A stretch of 64,000 bases of DNA from an uncultured Bacteroidota bacterium (lineage in GTDB: Bacteria > Bacteroidota > Bacteroidia > Flavobacteriales > BACL11): positions 6,057 to 70,056 of the forward strand of contig CACOJQ010000002.1 in the NCBI GenBank assembly GCA_902627575.1. The letters run 5' to 3'. This document shows, in pieces, positions 52,614 through 62,792 of this stretch. Every line of letters starts with the position of its first letter. Position 1 is the first letter of the stretch. The notes below the pieces were generated by a model. The model saw nothing but the letters and a program-made list of their open reading frames with translations. It was not told where the DNA came from and did not search any database. Both the position numbers and the translations under genes were made by a program.

Positions 52614-54557
52614 ATGATAAAAATAACTTTACCAGATGGTAACATAAAAGAAGTTAATAAGGGTACAACATCACTAGAAATTGCTATCAGTATCTCTGAT
52701 GGATTAGCTAGAAATGTACTTTGTGCAAGTGTTAACGGAGAATTGTGGGATTTAGATAGACCAATTCATGAAGATTCATCTTTAAAGCTACATACCTGGA
52801 GTGATTCTGAAGGTAAAAAGTGCTTTTGGCACTCTACTGCACATATAATGGCTGAGGCATTAGAAGAGCTTTATCCAGGTGTAAAATTTGGTATTGGTCC
52901 TGCAATAGAAAATGGCTTTTATTATGATATTGATTTAAACGGAAAGATACTTTCATCGGACAACTTTTCAAAAATTGAATCAAAAATGAAAGAATTATCT
53001 TCAATGAAATTAAAATTTGAAAGAAAAAAAGTTTCAAAAAAACAAGCTTATTCCTACTTTGAAGCAAAAGGTGACGAATATAAACTAGAATTAATTGAAA
53101 ATTTAAATGAAGGTGACATAACCTTTTATACTCAAGGAAATTTTACTGATCTGTGTAAAGGACCTCACATTCCCTCATCTGAAAAAATCAAAGCAATAAA
53201 GCTATTAAATGTTGCAGGTGCTTATTGGAGAGGAGATGAAAACAGAAAGCAACTAACACGTATTTATGGAATATCTTTTCCAAAACAAAAAGAACTAATC
53301 AACTATTTAGATTTTTTGGAGCAAGCAAAAAAGCGTGACCATAGAAAAATTGGTAAAGAAATGGAACTATTTACCTTTTCTCAAAAAGTAGGCCAAGGTT
53401 TACCTATGTGGCTTCCAAAAGGAACTAAACTGAAAGAAAAATTAGAAAATTTTTTAAAAGAAGCGCAAGAAAAAGCTGGCTATCTACCTGTAACCACTCC
53501 ACACATTGGGAACAAAGAGTTATATATTCAATCGGGTCACTATGACAAATATGGAGAGGATTCATTCCAACCCATAAAAACACCAAACGATGGGGAAGAG
53601 TTTTTCTTAAAACCAATGAATTGTCCGCATCATTGTGAAATTTATGTGTCAAAACAATATTCCTATAAAGATCTTCCTATTAGATTAGCAGAGTTCGGAA
53701 CTGTTTATCGTTATGAACAGTCTGGTGAACTTCATGGTTTAACTCGCGTTAGAGGATTTACTCAAGATGATGCACATATTTTTGCACGTCCTGATCAGCT
53801 AAAAGAAGAATTTATAAATGTTATTGATTTAGTACTTTTTATTTTTAATGCTCTTGGATTTACAGAATTTAAAACTCAAATTTCGCTAAGAGACAAAGAA
53901 AATAAAGAAAAATACATTGGATCGGATGATAATTGGGAAAAAGCAGAACAAGCAATAATTGAAGCTTCTAAAGAAAAGAAGTTAGATACTGTTGTTGAAT
54001 ATGGTGAAGCTGCATTTTATGGTCCTAAGCTAGATTTTATGGTTAAAGATGCAATAGGTAGAGAATGGCAGTTAGGAACTATACAAGTAGATTATAACCT
54101 CCCAGAACGTTTTGAACTTGAGTATATTGGACCAGACAATAAAAAGCATAGACCCGTAATGATTCATCGAGCTCCTTTTGGATCGATGGAAAGATTTATT
54201 GCTGTTCTTATTGAACATTGTAATGGTAATTTCCCTATATGGCTAGCACCTGAGCAATTTATAATACTTCCAATAAGTGAAAAATATCACGATTATGCTG
54301 AAAAAGTATTGAGTTTTCTAAAAAAATACGATATTTGCGGCCCTATTGACCGAAGAGCAGAAACAACAGGTAGAAAGATTAGAGATGCTGAAGTTTCAAA
54401 ATTGCCATATATAATAATAGTAGGTGAAAAAGAAGTTGAAAGAGATGTAATTACAATACGAAAGCATGGAGGTGAAGACTTAGGAAGTATGAGCGTTGAT
54501 GCATTTAAAAATTTAATAAAAAAAGAAATCAGAAGTATTATAAAATTTAATAACTAA
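52614..54557 (+). CDS. thrS: threonine--tRNA ligase
   Basis: TGS domain at the N-terminus, class II motifs ([35 protein letters not shown]), anticodon-binding C-terminal domain. Confidence 0.97.
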   Translation: MIKITLPDGNIKEVNKGTTSLEIAISISDGLARNVLCASVNGELWDLDRPIHEDSSLKLHTWSDSEGKKCFWHSTAHIMAEALEELYPGVKFGIGPAIENGFYYDIDLNGKILSSDNFSKIESKMKELSSMKLKFERKKVSKKQAYSYFEAKGDEYKLELIENLNEGDITFYTQGNFTDLCKGPHIPSSEKIKAIKLLNVAGAYWRGDENRKQLTRIYGISFPKQKELINYLDFLEQAKKRDHRKIGKEMELFTFSQKVGQGLPMWLPKGTKLKEKLENFLKEAQEKAGYLPVTTPHIGNKELYIQSGHYDKYGEDSFQPIKTPNDGEEFFLKPMNCPHHCEIYVSKQYSYKDLPIRLAEFGTVYRYEQSGELHGLTRVRGFTQDDAHIFARPDQLKEEFINVIDLVLFIFNALGFTEFKTQISLRDKENKEKYIGSDDNWEKAEQAIIEASKEKKLDTVVEYGEAAFYGPKLDFMVKDAIGREWQLGTIQVDYNLPERFELEYIGPDNKKHRPVMIHRAPFGSMERFIAVLIEHCNGNFPIWLAPEQFIILPISEKYHDYAEKVLSFLKKYDICGPIDRRAETTGRKIRDAEVSKLPYIIIVGEKEVERDVITIRKHGGEDLGSMSVDAFKNLIKKEIRSIIKFNN

Positions 54558-54570
54558 AAAAAACAGAAAA

Positions 54571-55125
54571 ATCGTACAAAAGAAAAAATCATTTAAAGGA
54601 CGAGTAATTAAGAAAAAGTTACACAAGACAAATAGAGAAATTACTTCTCCATTTGTTAGAATGGTAGGTGATGACATAGAAGCAAAAATTTGCTCATTAG
54701 ATGATGCAATCAGCACTGCACAAAAGCTAGGTCTTGATCTTGTAGAAATTTCTCCAAACGCCGATCCTCCTGTTTGCAAAATAATAGATTACAAAAAATT
54801 TATCTATGACCAAAAAAAGAAATTAAAAAACATACAAAACAAAAGTCAAAAGATTGTTATTAAAGAATTAAGATTTGGTCCTAACACGGGCGATCACGAT
54901 TTTGATTTCAAACTAAAACATGCAAAAAGTTTTCTTGCAGACGGTGCAAAAGTAAGAGCCTTTGTGTTTTTTAGAGGAAGAACAATTGTTTTTAAAGAAC
55001 AAGGACAGATTTTACTTCTGAAGCTGGCTCAAGCATTAGAGGACGTTGGAGTTGTTGAAGAAATGCCAAAGCTAGATGGAAAAAAAATGATAATGATAAT
55101 TGCACCAAAAAAAATAAAAAAATAA
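54571..55125 (+). CDS. infC: translation initiation factor IF-3, probable non-AUG (ATC) start
   Basis: The frame is open back to the TAA at 54541-54543. Conserved N-domain residues ([18 protein letters not shown]) lie upstream of the first ATG (54661). Candidate starts are ATC 54571, ATT 54607 and ATA 54550. Confidence 0.85.
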   Translation: MVQKKKSFKGRVIKKKLHKTNREITSPFVRMVGDDIEAKICSLDDAISTAQKLGLDLVEISPNADPPVCKIIDYKKFIYDQKKKLKNIQNKSQKIVIKELRFGPNTGDHDFDFKLKHAKSFLADGAKVRAFVFFRGRTIVFKEQGQILLLKLAQALEDVGVVEEMPKLDGKKMIMIIAPKKIKK

Positions 55126-55129
55126 TACA

Positions 55130-55324
55130 ATGCCAAAAATGAAAACTAAAGCTGGAGCCAAAAAAAGATTCAAGTTAACTGGTTCTGGAAAATTAAAAAG
55201 AAAACAAGCCTTTAAATCACATATTTTGACAAAAAAAGAAACAAAACAAAAACACAACTTAACTAAAACAGCATATGTATCCAAGCCAGATACAAAAAAT
55301 GTAAAGCTTCAGTTAGGTTTATAA
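55130..55324 (+). CDS. rpmI: 50S ribosomal protein L35
   Basis: [36 protein letters not shown]. Confidence 0.95.
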   Translation: MPKMKTKAGAKKRFKLTGSGKLKRKQAFKSHILTKKETKQKHNLTKTAYVSKPDTKNVKLQLGL

Positions 55325-55345
55325 TTGAAAATAGGTTATTAACCA

Positions 55346-55383
55346 GTTGTATAGTTTTAAGCACTTAAAAGTCACTATACAAC
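55346..55383 (+). promoter_or_regulatory. extended RNA stem-loop in the rpmI-rplT spacer
   Basis: GTTGTATAG (55346-55354) pairs perfectly with CTATACAAC (55375-55383). An inner helix pairs TTTTAA (55355-55360) with TTAAAA (55365-55370). The structure ends 15 nt before the rplT ATG and has no downstream T-tract. Confidence 0.4.
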
Positions 55384-55398
55384 AAAAAAACAAAAAAA

Positions 55399-55743
55399 AT
55401 GCCAAGATCAGTAAACTCTGTAGCTGCCAAAGCTAGAAGAAAAAAAATTTTAAAAGCCTCTAAAGGATATTTCGGTAGAAGAAAAAATGTTCATACAGTA
55501 GCAAAAAATGCTGTTGAAAAAGGATTACAATATGCATATAGAGATAGAAAAAACAAAAAAAGAAACTTTAGAGCACTTTGGATACAAAGAATAAATGCGG
55601 GTGCGAGACTACATGGGATGTCATACTCTCAATTTATGGGAAAAATTAAATCCAAGAAAATTGACTTAAACAGAAAAGTGTTAGCAGATTTAGCAATGAA
55701 TCACCCCACTACATTTCAGGCAATTATAGAAAAAGTAAAATAG
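55399..55743 (+). CDS. rplT: 50S ribosomal protein L20
   Basis: [30 protein letters not shown] and [13 protein letters not shown]. Confidence 0.95.
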   Translation: MPRSVNSVAAKARRKKILKASKGYFGRRKNVHTVAKNAVEKGLQYAYRDRKNKKRNFRALWIQRINAGARLHGMSYSQFMGKIKSKKIDLNRKVLADLAMNHPTTFQAIIEKVK

Positions 55744-55775
55744 TTTAGTTATTTTATTAAGTAAACAGTATACCA

Positions 55776-56849
55776 CTAATTAATCATATTGTTTTTTTGT
55801 TGTAACATGCTTAAAGCATCAATAGCGTAATAATAATCTGGATTTAATTGGATAGCTCTTTTATAGTCTGATTCTGCTTGTTTAATATTACCTAAAGTTT
55901 CAAAGCATATTCCTCTTGAGTAATAGGCCTGATAGAATGAAGAATTAGAATATATAGCGTCTGAAAAATTATTTGCTGCGATATCATATAATTCCAGCTC
56001 CATATGAATAAATCCTAAATTATAATGACTATCAGAATGAAACTTATTTACTTCATGAAGTTTTGCATATGCTGACAATGCATTATTCCATTCCTGCATG
56101 TCTTGATAAAACAAAGCTTTATTGTATAAAACAAGTTCATTTCTTGAATCTAACTTTATTGCATTATCATAATAGAGTATTGCATTTTTGTCTTTTAACA
56201 AATGATAAATCTGACCTAATTGCATGTTAGCTTCAAAAAAAGATGGATTAATTAGTAACGAATTTCTAAAGCAATCGATTGCTTTAGGGTAATCTTTTAA
56301 CTGCTTAAAAGTATATCCTAATAAAAGATGAGTATTTTCTTGATTATAATTTATTTGTAATGATTTAGTTAAAAAATTTATAGACTCTTGATAATCTCCA
56401 GACGCCAAAAGCAACTCTCCCATTAAAGAATATGCGATAAAGTTTTGGTTATCTAATTCAATTGACTTTTCAAGATTTTGTTTTACCAAAGATGGAAATG
56501 AAGGGTTAGCATTTCTCTTTTTAGAAAGTTCAAAGTAAATATTGGCAAGATTTAAATAACTTTTAGATTTTTTCGGTTCAAGCTCAATAATATCCTCAGC
56601 ATATTTAATAGCTGCGCTCAAATCATTAATAGAACTAAGATAACTAATTGTTTTGTACAATGAATCAACTGATATATAACTAGATGATAAAAAAAGAGAT
56701 AAATAATCTTTTTTATTATTTTGATTGTAACCAATTAGATTTGAGGTGGTTTTATATATTTGATTTTCATCTTTTTTGTAAGAATAATCATCTTTTTTAT
56801 TACCACAGCTTGAAAATAAAACAATAAAAAGAAAAAAAAATTTATACAT
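55776..56849 (-). CDS. tetratricopeptide-repeat lipoprotein
   Basis: Lipobox (LFSSCGN) followed by multiple TPR units (A..Y..A/L...P patterns throughout). Confidence 0.8.
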   Translation of the reverse strand: MYKFFFLFIVLFSSCGNKKDDYSYKKDENQIYKTTSNLIGYNQNNKKDYLSLFLSSSYISVDSLYKTISYLSSINDLSAAIKYAEDIIELEPKKSKSYLNLANIYFELSKKRNANPSFPSLVKQNLEKSIELDNQNFIAYSLMGELLLASGDYQESINFLTKSLQINYNQENTHLLLGYTFKQLKDYPKAIDCFRNSLLINPSFFEANMQLGQIYHLLKDKNAILYYDNAIKLDSRNELVLYNKALFYQDMQEWNNALSAYAKLHEVNKFHSDSHYNLGFIHMELELYDIAANNFSDAIYSNSSFYQAYYSRGICFETLGNIKQAESDYKRAIQLNPDYYYAIDALSMLQQKNNMIN

Positions 56850-56853
56850 CAGT

Positions 56854-57852
56854 CTATTCTGCAGGGCCCTCTTTAATTTTTAATTCAATTTCTTGAGATA
56901 ACTCTGGATTATCAGCAATCATTTTCTTTACAGCATCTCTTCCTTGACCTAACTTTGTGTCTTGATATGAAAACCATGAGCCAGATTTTTGAATAACTCC
57001 TAATTCTGTTGCAATGTCTAATATTTCTCCAGAACGAGAAATACCTAGACCAAACATAATATCAAACTCAACTTTTCTAAAAGGAGGAGCAACTTTATTT
57101 TTAACAACTTTTACTCTTGTTCTATTTCCAATAACTTCATCTCCATTTTTAATAGCTCCTACTCTTCTAATATCAAGACGTACTGATGAATAAAATTTTA
57201 AGGCATTTCCACCGGTTGTAGTTTCAGGATTACCAAACATGACTCCAATCTTCATTCTTATTTGATTTATAAATATAACAGTACAATTTGTTTTGTGAAT
57301 AGTTGCAGTTAATTTTCTTAAAGCCTGCGACATTAATCTAGCATGCAAACCCATTTTACTATCGCCCATTTCGCCTTCTATTTCTGATTTTGGTGTTAAA
57401 GCTGCTACTGAATCTATTACAACTAAATCAACTGCTCCAGAACTGATAAGATGATCTGCTATTTCTAATGCTTGTTCTCCATTATCTGGCTGTGATATAT
57501 ATAAATTTTCAAGATCAACACCTAATGCAGATGCATATGATGAGTCAAATGCATGCTCAGCATCAATAAATGCTGCGACACCTCCTTGTTTTTGAACTTC
57601 TGCAATTGCATGTATTGTTAATGTTGTTTTACCAGATGATTCGGGCCCATAAATCTCGATAACTCTCCCTCTAGGATAACCTCCAACCCCTAAAGCTATA
57701 TCTAAACTTACTGATCCAGTAGGAATTGACGAAACATCATCTTCAACTTTATCTCCTAATTTCATCAAAATGCCTTTACCATAAGACTTTTCTAATTTAC
57801 CAATAGTAAGTTCTAATACCTTTAATTTTTCATTTTTTTCCTTTTCACTCAT
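56854..57852 (-). CDS. recA: recombinase RecA
   Basis: Walker [51 protein letters not shown] at 57852 preferred. Confidence 0.97.
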   Translation of the reverse strand: MSEKEKNEKLKVLELTIGKLEKSYGKGILMKLGDKVEDDVSSIPTGSVSLDIALGVGGYPRGRVIEIYGPESSGKTTLTIHAIAEVQKQGGVAAFIDAEHAFDSSYASALGVDLENLYISQPDNGEQALEIADHLISSGAVDLVVIDSVAALTPKSEIEGEMGDSKMGLHARLMSQALRKLTATIHKTNCTVIFINQIRMKIGVMFGNPETTTGGNALKFYSSVRLDIRRVGAIKNGDEVIGNRTRVKVVKNKVAPPFRKVEFDIMFGLGISRSGEILDIATELGVIQKSGSWFSYQDTKLGQGRDAVKKMIADNPELSQEIELKIKEGPAE

Positions 57853-57938
57853 AATAAATATATTTTTTACAAAATTCAATAATTCTTTTTCAAAAAGAAG
57901 TAAAATTAAAAGAGATTTATTAACAAATCTATTTAAAG

Positions 57939-58574
57939 CTATTTTAAAATACTCTTTCGGCCTACTTTACTTGTTATTATATCTTTATCAAGTTGCCAGC
58001 ATCTGGCTGGCGAAAATTCTCTTCCGTAAAATATTATTTGTAAATGTAACTTATTCCATAAATTTACTGGAAATAGTCTCTTTGCATCTTTTTCTGTAAT
58101 TTGAACATTTTTTCCGCTTGAAAGGCCCCATCTATACATCAATCTATGTATGTGAGTATCAACAGGGAAACTTGGAATTCCAAATGCTTGTGACATTACT
58201 ACACTGGCGGTTTTATGACCAACTGCCGGAAAAGACTTAAGTTCATCCAAATTTGCAGGAACAACGCCATTATATTTTTCAATTAAAATTTTTGATAGAC
58301 CATAAATACCTTTACTTTTCATTGGAGAAAGACCACACGGCCTAATTACATCCTCAATTTGTGTAACTGATAATCTAACCATCTTTTTTGGTGTATCTGC
58401 TTTGTCAAATAAAATTGGAGTAATTTTATTAACTCTTTCATCAGTACATTGTGCTGATAACAATACAGCAATAAGTAACGTATAAGGATCTTTATGATCA
58501 AGTGGAACAGCTGGATTTGGATATAGTTTTTGTAAAGTATCAACAATAAAATTTACTTTCTCTGATTTATTCAT
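57939..58574 (-). CDS. nth: endonuclease III-like HhH-GPD DNA glycosylase/lyase, lacking the Fe-S cluster cysteines
   Basis: Collinear with E. coli Nth: [13 protein letters not shown], HhH plus catalytic Lys [12 protein letters not shown], Asp in PVDTHIHR. The C-terminus ([25 protein letters not shown]) has one Cys instead of CX6CX2CX5C. Confidence 0.85.
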   Translation of the reverse strand: MNKSEKVNFIVDTLQKLYPNPAVPLDHKDPYTLLIAVLLSAQCTDERVNKITPILFDKADTPKKMVRLSVTQIEDVIRPCGLSPMKSKGIYGLSKILIEKYNGVVPANLDELKSFPAVGHKTASVVMSQAFGIPSFPVDTHIHRLMYRWGLSSGKNVQITEKDAKRLFPVNLWNKLHLQIIFYGREFSPARCWQLDKDIITSKVGRKSILK

Positions 58575-58615
58575 TAATCAAAGATAAATAGATTTTACTA
58601 AAAAAATCTAATAAA

Positions 58616-58801
58616 TTAGTTTAGTGATATAAAAAAATCATTTCCACTATTTGTCTTGATATTCTTTGTTGATTTAGCGTATGCAAGAATAAATAATACT
58701 GATTGTAAACTTGGTCCAGATTCGAGTTTATTTTTAATTATAATTTTTTCTTTTTGTTTCTTTAATTTCTCTATAGTTAATAAAGTAGAATTTTTTCTCA
58801 T
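58616..58801 (-). CDS. hypothetical 61-aa protein downstream of the ECF sigma factor
   Basis: ORF only. Lys-rich N-terminus and a short hydrophobic patch (SVLFILAYA). No family was recognised. Confidence 0.3.
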   Translation of the reverse strand: MRKNSTLLTIEKLKKQKEKIIIKNKLESGPSLQSVLFILAYAKSTKNIKTNSGNDFFISLN

Positions 58802-58871
58802 AAATATTGTTTAGTTGTTTAATCATCAATCTAAACGAAAAGAGAAAAAAAATATTATAAAAAATTGATAA

Positions 58872-59459
58872 TTATCTATGTGATAAATCTATTTTACGTT
58901 CTTCAGAGATAGTTCGTAAATTTATTAAAGCATACCTCATCCTTCCTAAAGCTGTGTTAATACTAACATTAGTTAATTCAGCAATTTCTTTAAAAGATTT
59001 ATCTTTAAAATATCTAAACTTGATGACATCCCTTTGTTCAATTGGTAATAGTTCTATTAATAAATTAAGATCAGAATAAATTCTCTTACGAATCATTTCT
59101 TCTTCTTGAGACTTTTCACCATTATTTAATATATCAAAAATATTAAAATCATCTGTTGAACGTATATTTTTAACTTTATTGGATTTTCTAAAATAATCTA
59201 TTACTAAATTATGCGAAATTCTCATCATCCAAGGTAAAAATTTACCCTCTTCATTATACTTCCCCTTTTGCAAAGAATTAATCACTTTAACAAACGTATC
59301 CTGAAAAATATCTTCAGCAAGATCTCTGTTTTTAACTTTAGAAAAAATGAATGAAAAAACTTTATTCTTATGACGATTTAATAGCTGTTCAAAAGAGTTG
59401 TTATCTCCTTTTAAATAATTCACAACCAAATCCTTGTCTGATTTTTTTTGAGTCAACAT
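58872..59459 (-). CDS. RNA polymerase sigma-70 factor, ECF subfamily
   Basis: Region 2 (DLAEDIFQDTFVKV, FLPWMMRISHNLVIDYFR) and region 4 HTH (FKEIAELTNVSINTALGRMRYA). Confidence 0.9.
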   Translation of the reverse strand: MLTQKKSDKDLVVNYLKGDNNSFEQLLNRHKNKVFSFIFSKVKNRDLAEDIFQDTFVKVINSLQKGKYNEEGKFLPWMMRISHNLVIDYFRKSNKVKNIRSTDDFNIFDILNNGEKSQEEEMIRKRIYSDLNLLIELLPIEQRDVIKFRYFKDKSFKEIAELTNVSINTALGRMRYALINLRTISEERKIDLSHR

Positions 59460-59584
59460 ATACTTGTTTTTAGTTAATAAAAAATTAAAGTAAATGTTGA
59501 ACTATAGGCAGTATTTTGGTTAGTAAATTTATAACAAATATATAAAAAAATTATAGTATGAGAAATAATATCAAATCCTTTACT

Positions 59585-59592
59585 TAATTTTG
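59585..59592 (+). promoter_or_regulatory. candidate -7 promoter box (TAnnTTTG)
   Basis: TAATTTTG lies 31 nt upstream of the uvrA ATG, similar to the spacing of the comA-like (27 nt) and ABC (28 nt) candidates. Confidence 0.25.
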
Positions 59593-59623
59593 TAGGATTT
59601 TTTAAAGTAGGAATAAAGTAGGA

Positions 59624-62389
59624 ATGAAAAAAAAAAATAAAAATTATCATATTGAAATTAAAGGTGCAAGAGTACATAACTTAAAAGATGTATCTCTGAA
59701 AATACCCAAAAATCAGCTGATAATAATTAGCGGTGTTTCAGGTAGTGGAAAATCATCATTGGCTTTTAATACATTATTTGCAGAAGGTCAAAGAAGATAT
59801 ATAGAAAGCTTATCTGCATACGCCAGACAATTTTTAGGTAAATTAAAAAAACCAGATGTCGATGAAATAAAAGGAATATGTCCTGCAATTGCAATTGAAC
59901 AAAAAACAAAAACTAATAATCCAAGATCAACTGTAAGCACTTCAACTGAGATTTATGATTATTTAAAATTAATGTATGCGCGTATTGGTAAAACTTTTTC
60001 TCCTATTTCTAAAGAAGAAGTAAAAAAAGATTCAGTTGAAGATGTTATAAATTTCATTACTACACAAAAAGAAAATTCTGACATTCTTATCCTTTTCAAT
60101 AAGGAAATTAAAAGTGTAGATACTTATTCTAAGCTAATAAAAAAAGGGTACTCAAGAGTTCTTGTAAAAAATAAAGTACATAGGATACAAGAAATTTTAA
60201 AATCTAATAAAAATTTAAGTCAAAATAAAGCTAAAGTAGTTGTTGATAGAATAATTACAGAAAAAGAAAATGATAATGCTAGAATTTCTACATCTATAGA
60301 AACAGCTTTTTATGAAGGAAATGGGGAATGTATAGTCTATCAAAATAACAAAAAACATTATTTTTCAAATAAATTTGAAAAAGATAATATAAAATTTACT
60401 TATCCTTCTGTTAATTTATTTTCATTTAATAACCCATATGGAGCTTGTAATGTATGTGAGGGGTATGGTTCTGTTCTAGGAGTAGATGAAAATAAAGTGA
60501 TACCGAACAAAAATTTATCTTTATTTCAGAACGCTGTTGCTTGCTGGAATGGGCAAAAATTAAGTAAGTGGAAAGATAGATTCATAAATGAATCCGTAAA
60601 ATTTAACTTTCCTATTCACAAACCATACATTCAACTGTCAATTGAAGAAAAAAATATATTATGGAAAGGAAAAGAAAAATGCAAAGGAATATATCAATTT
60701 TTCGAAAAGTTAGAAGAAAAACAATACAAAATACAAAATAGAGTATTAATAGCAAGGTATAGAGGAAAAACAATTTGCAACAGCTGTAATGGAACACGTC
60801 TAAGAAAAGATGCACTATTTGTAAAAATTGCACAAAAAAATATTGCTGAAATAAACAATATGAGTATTGATGTTGCTCTTGATTTTTTTAACAATATCAA
60901 ACTATCATCTGAAGATGAAAAAATAACTGATAGACTTTTATTAGAAATTAACTCTAGATTAAATTATCTTCAAAGCATAGGTTTAGGATACTTAAAACTT
61001 AATAGAAAATCTAATACTCTTTCAGGAGGAGAATCTCAAAGAATAAATATAGCAAAGTCTATAAGTAGTTCATTGGTTGGTTCTATGTACATTTTAGATG
61101 AACCTAGTGTTGGATTACACCCTAAAGATACTGAAAAACTAATCCAAATACTCAAAAATCTTAGAGATATTGGTAACACGGTAATTGTTGTTGAGCATGA
61201 TAAAGATATAATGTATGAAGCTGATCAAGTTATTGATATAGGCCCAAATGCTGGAATTAATGGGGGTGAAATTATTTTTCAAGGAAGTCTTGATAAAATA
61301 AAAAAAAGTAAAAATTCATTAACAAAAAAATACTTATTTGATGATTTAAAAATATTTATTCCTAAAAAAAGAAAAATACTTAATGAAAGTATTTGTATAA
61401 ATAAAATAAATATAAATAATCTTAAAAATTTAAATGTAAAGATACCAATAGGAGGCTTGACTGTAATATCTGGTGTTAGTGGTTCTGGAAAATCATCATT
61501 AGTAAAGCATACACTTAAAGGGGCATTAGAAAATTATCTTCAGCATAAAATAACAAATACAAAACAATATTCTGATGTCAAAATAACAAATAAAGCAATT
61601 AAAGATTATGAGTTTATTGATCAAAATCCAATTGGAAAATCATCAAGATCTAATCCATCAACTTATTTAAAAATCTATGATGATATACGCAAATTATATT
61701 CAAATCAAAAACTATCAAAAATTAGAAATTATAAGACAGGTTACTTTTCTTTTAATATTGATGGTGGAAGATGTGATAAATGCAAGGGAGAAGGAGAAAA
61801 TACAATTGAGATGCAATTTATGGCAGATGTACAGATTATCTGTGATGAATGTAAAGGAAAAAGATTTAAAAAAGAAATACTTGAAATTAAATTCTTTGAC
61901 AAAAATATTTCTGACATTTTGAATCTATCGATCGACGAAGCAATTATATTTTTTAAAAAGCATAATGAAATAAAAATTGCTAAAAAAATTCAACCATTAC
62001 AAGATGTTGGTTTAGGATATGTTAAATTAGGTCAATCATCAAGTACTTTTAGTGGTGGAGAGGCTCAGAGAATCAAGTTAGCTTATTTTCTGAGTAAAGG
62101 TAGTACTAAAGAGAAAACAATATTTATGTTTGATGAACCAACAACAGGTCTTCATTTTCACGATATAAACAAACTACTTATTTGCTTTAATGCATTGATA
62201 GAAAAAGGTCATTCAATTATTTGTATTGAACACAACCTTGATGTAATAAAATGTGCTGACTGGATAATAGACATGGGTCCCAAAGGTGGTGTTGATGGAG
62301 GTAAAATTATATTCAGTGGTAGTCCTGAGGAAATTGTGAAAAGCAAAGAGTCCATTACGGGAAAATATTTAAAAAAATACATTAGTTAG
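59624..62389 (+). CDS. uvrA: excinuclease ABC subunit A
   Basis: 921 aa. Two Walker A sites (GVSGSGKSSL twice), two LSGGE signatures, and zinc-finger CxxC pairs (CNVCEGYG, CDKCKGEG...CDECKGKR). Confidence 0.97.
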   Translation: MKKKNKNYHIEIKGARVHNLKDVSLKIPKNQLIIISGVSGSGKSSLAFNTLFAEGQRRYIESLSAYARQFLGKLKKPDVDEIKGICPAIAIEQKTKTNNPRSTVSTSTEIYDYLKLMYARIGKTFSPISKEEVKKDSVEDVINFITTQKENSDILILFNKEIKSVDTYSKLIKKGYSRVLVKNKVHRIQEILKSNKNLSQNKAKVVVDRIITEKENDNARISTSIETAFYEGNGECIVYQNNKKHYFSNKFEKDNIKFTYPSVNLFSFNNPYGACNVCEGYGSVLGVDENKVIPNKNLSLFQNAVACWNGQKLSKWKDRFINESVKFNFPIHKPYIQLSIEEKNILWKGKEKCKGIYQFFEKLEEKQYKIQNRVLIARYRGKTICNSCNGTRLRKDALFVKIAQKNIAEINNMSIDVALDFFNNIKLSSEDEKITDRLLLEINSRLNYLQSIGLGYLKLNRKSNTLSGGESQRINIAKSISSSLVGSMYILDEPSVGLHPKDTEKLIQILKNLRDIGNTVIVVEHDKDIMYEADQVIDIGPNAGINGGEIIFQGSLDKIKKSKNSLTKKYLFDDLKIFIPKKRKILNESICINKININNLKNLNVKIPIGGLTVISGVSGSGKSSLVKHTLKGALENYLQHKITNTKQYSDVKITNKAIKDYEFIDQNPIGKSSRSNPSTYLKIYDDIRKLYSNQKLSKIRNYKTGYFSFNIDGGRCDKCKGEGENTIEMQFMADVQIICDECKGKRFKKEILEIKFFDKNISDILNLSIDEAIIFFKKHNEIKIAKKIQPLQDVGLGYVKLGQSSSTFSGGEAQRIKLAYFLSKGSTKEKTIFMFDEPTTGLHFHDINKLLICFNALIEKGHSIICIEHNLDVIKCADWIIDMGPKGGVDGGKIIFSGSPEEIVKSKESITGKYLKKYIS

Positions 62390-62792
62390 AATTTAAATAA
62401 TCTTGTAAAATAATTGTTGCGCTAACTTTATCAACTAATGATTTATCTTTTCTTTTTGCTTTTTTAATTCCACTAGAAACAATAGCTTTTTGTGCAATCT
62501 TAGATGTAAATCTTTCATCTATCACACAAACCTCTTTGTTAGTGTATTTATTTTTAAGTCGTTTGACAAATCCTTTTACATGTCCTGTAACATCTGTTTT
62601 GTTATTTTTTAAATCAACAGGAAAACCAACTACAAAACAATCAATATTCTCACATTTTATAAGATTTGAAATAAAGTCCTCTAAACGATATGTCTCTATG
62701 GTTTCTAAGCACGAGGCAATTGTTTTAGTTTCATCAGAAATTGCAATGCCTGTTCTCTTGGTCCCATAATCAATACCCAAAGCTTTTGCCAT
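62382..62792 (-). CDS. ruvX: Holliday junction resolvase-like nuclease RuvX (YqgF)
   Basis: ALGIDYGTKRTGIAISD, and DERFTS. Confidence 0.9.
   Translation of the reverse strand: MAKALGIDYGTKRTGIAISDETKTIASCLETIETYRLEDFISNLIKCENIDCFVVGFPVDLKNNKTDVTGHVKGFVKRLKNKYTNKEVCVIDERFTSKIAQKAIVSSGIKKAKRKDKSLVDKVSATIILQDYLNSN

Noticed and set aside
54513-55284. 88-aa and 70-aa minus-strand ORFs opposite the thrS end/infC start and the infC end/rpmI
   Set aside because: They are antisense to highly conserved translation genes.
59474-59677. 67-aa minus-strand ORF in the sigma-factor/uvrA divergent spacer
   Set aside because: It overlaps the uvrA start and probable promoter region. The sequence is Phe/Ile/Tyr-rich and low-complexity, so it is most likely non-coding.
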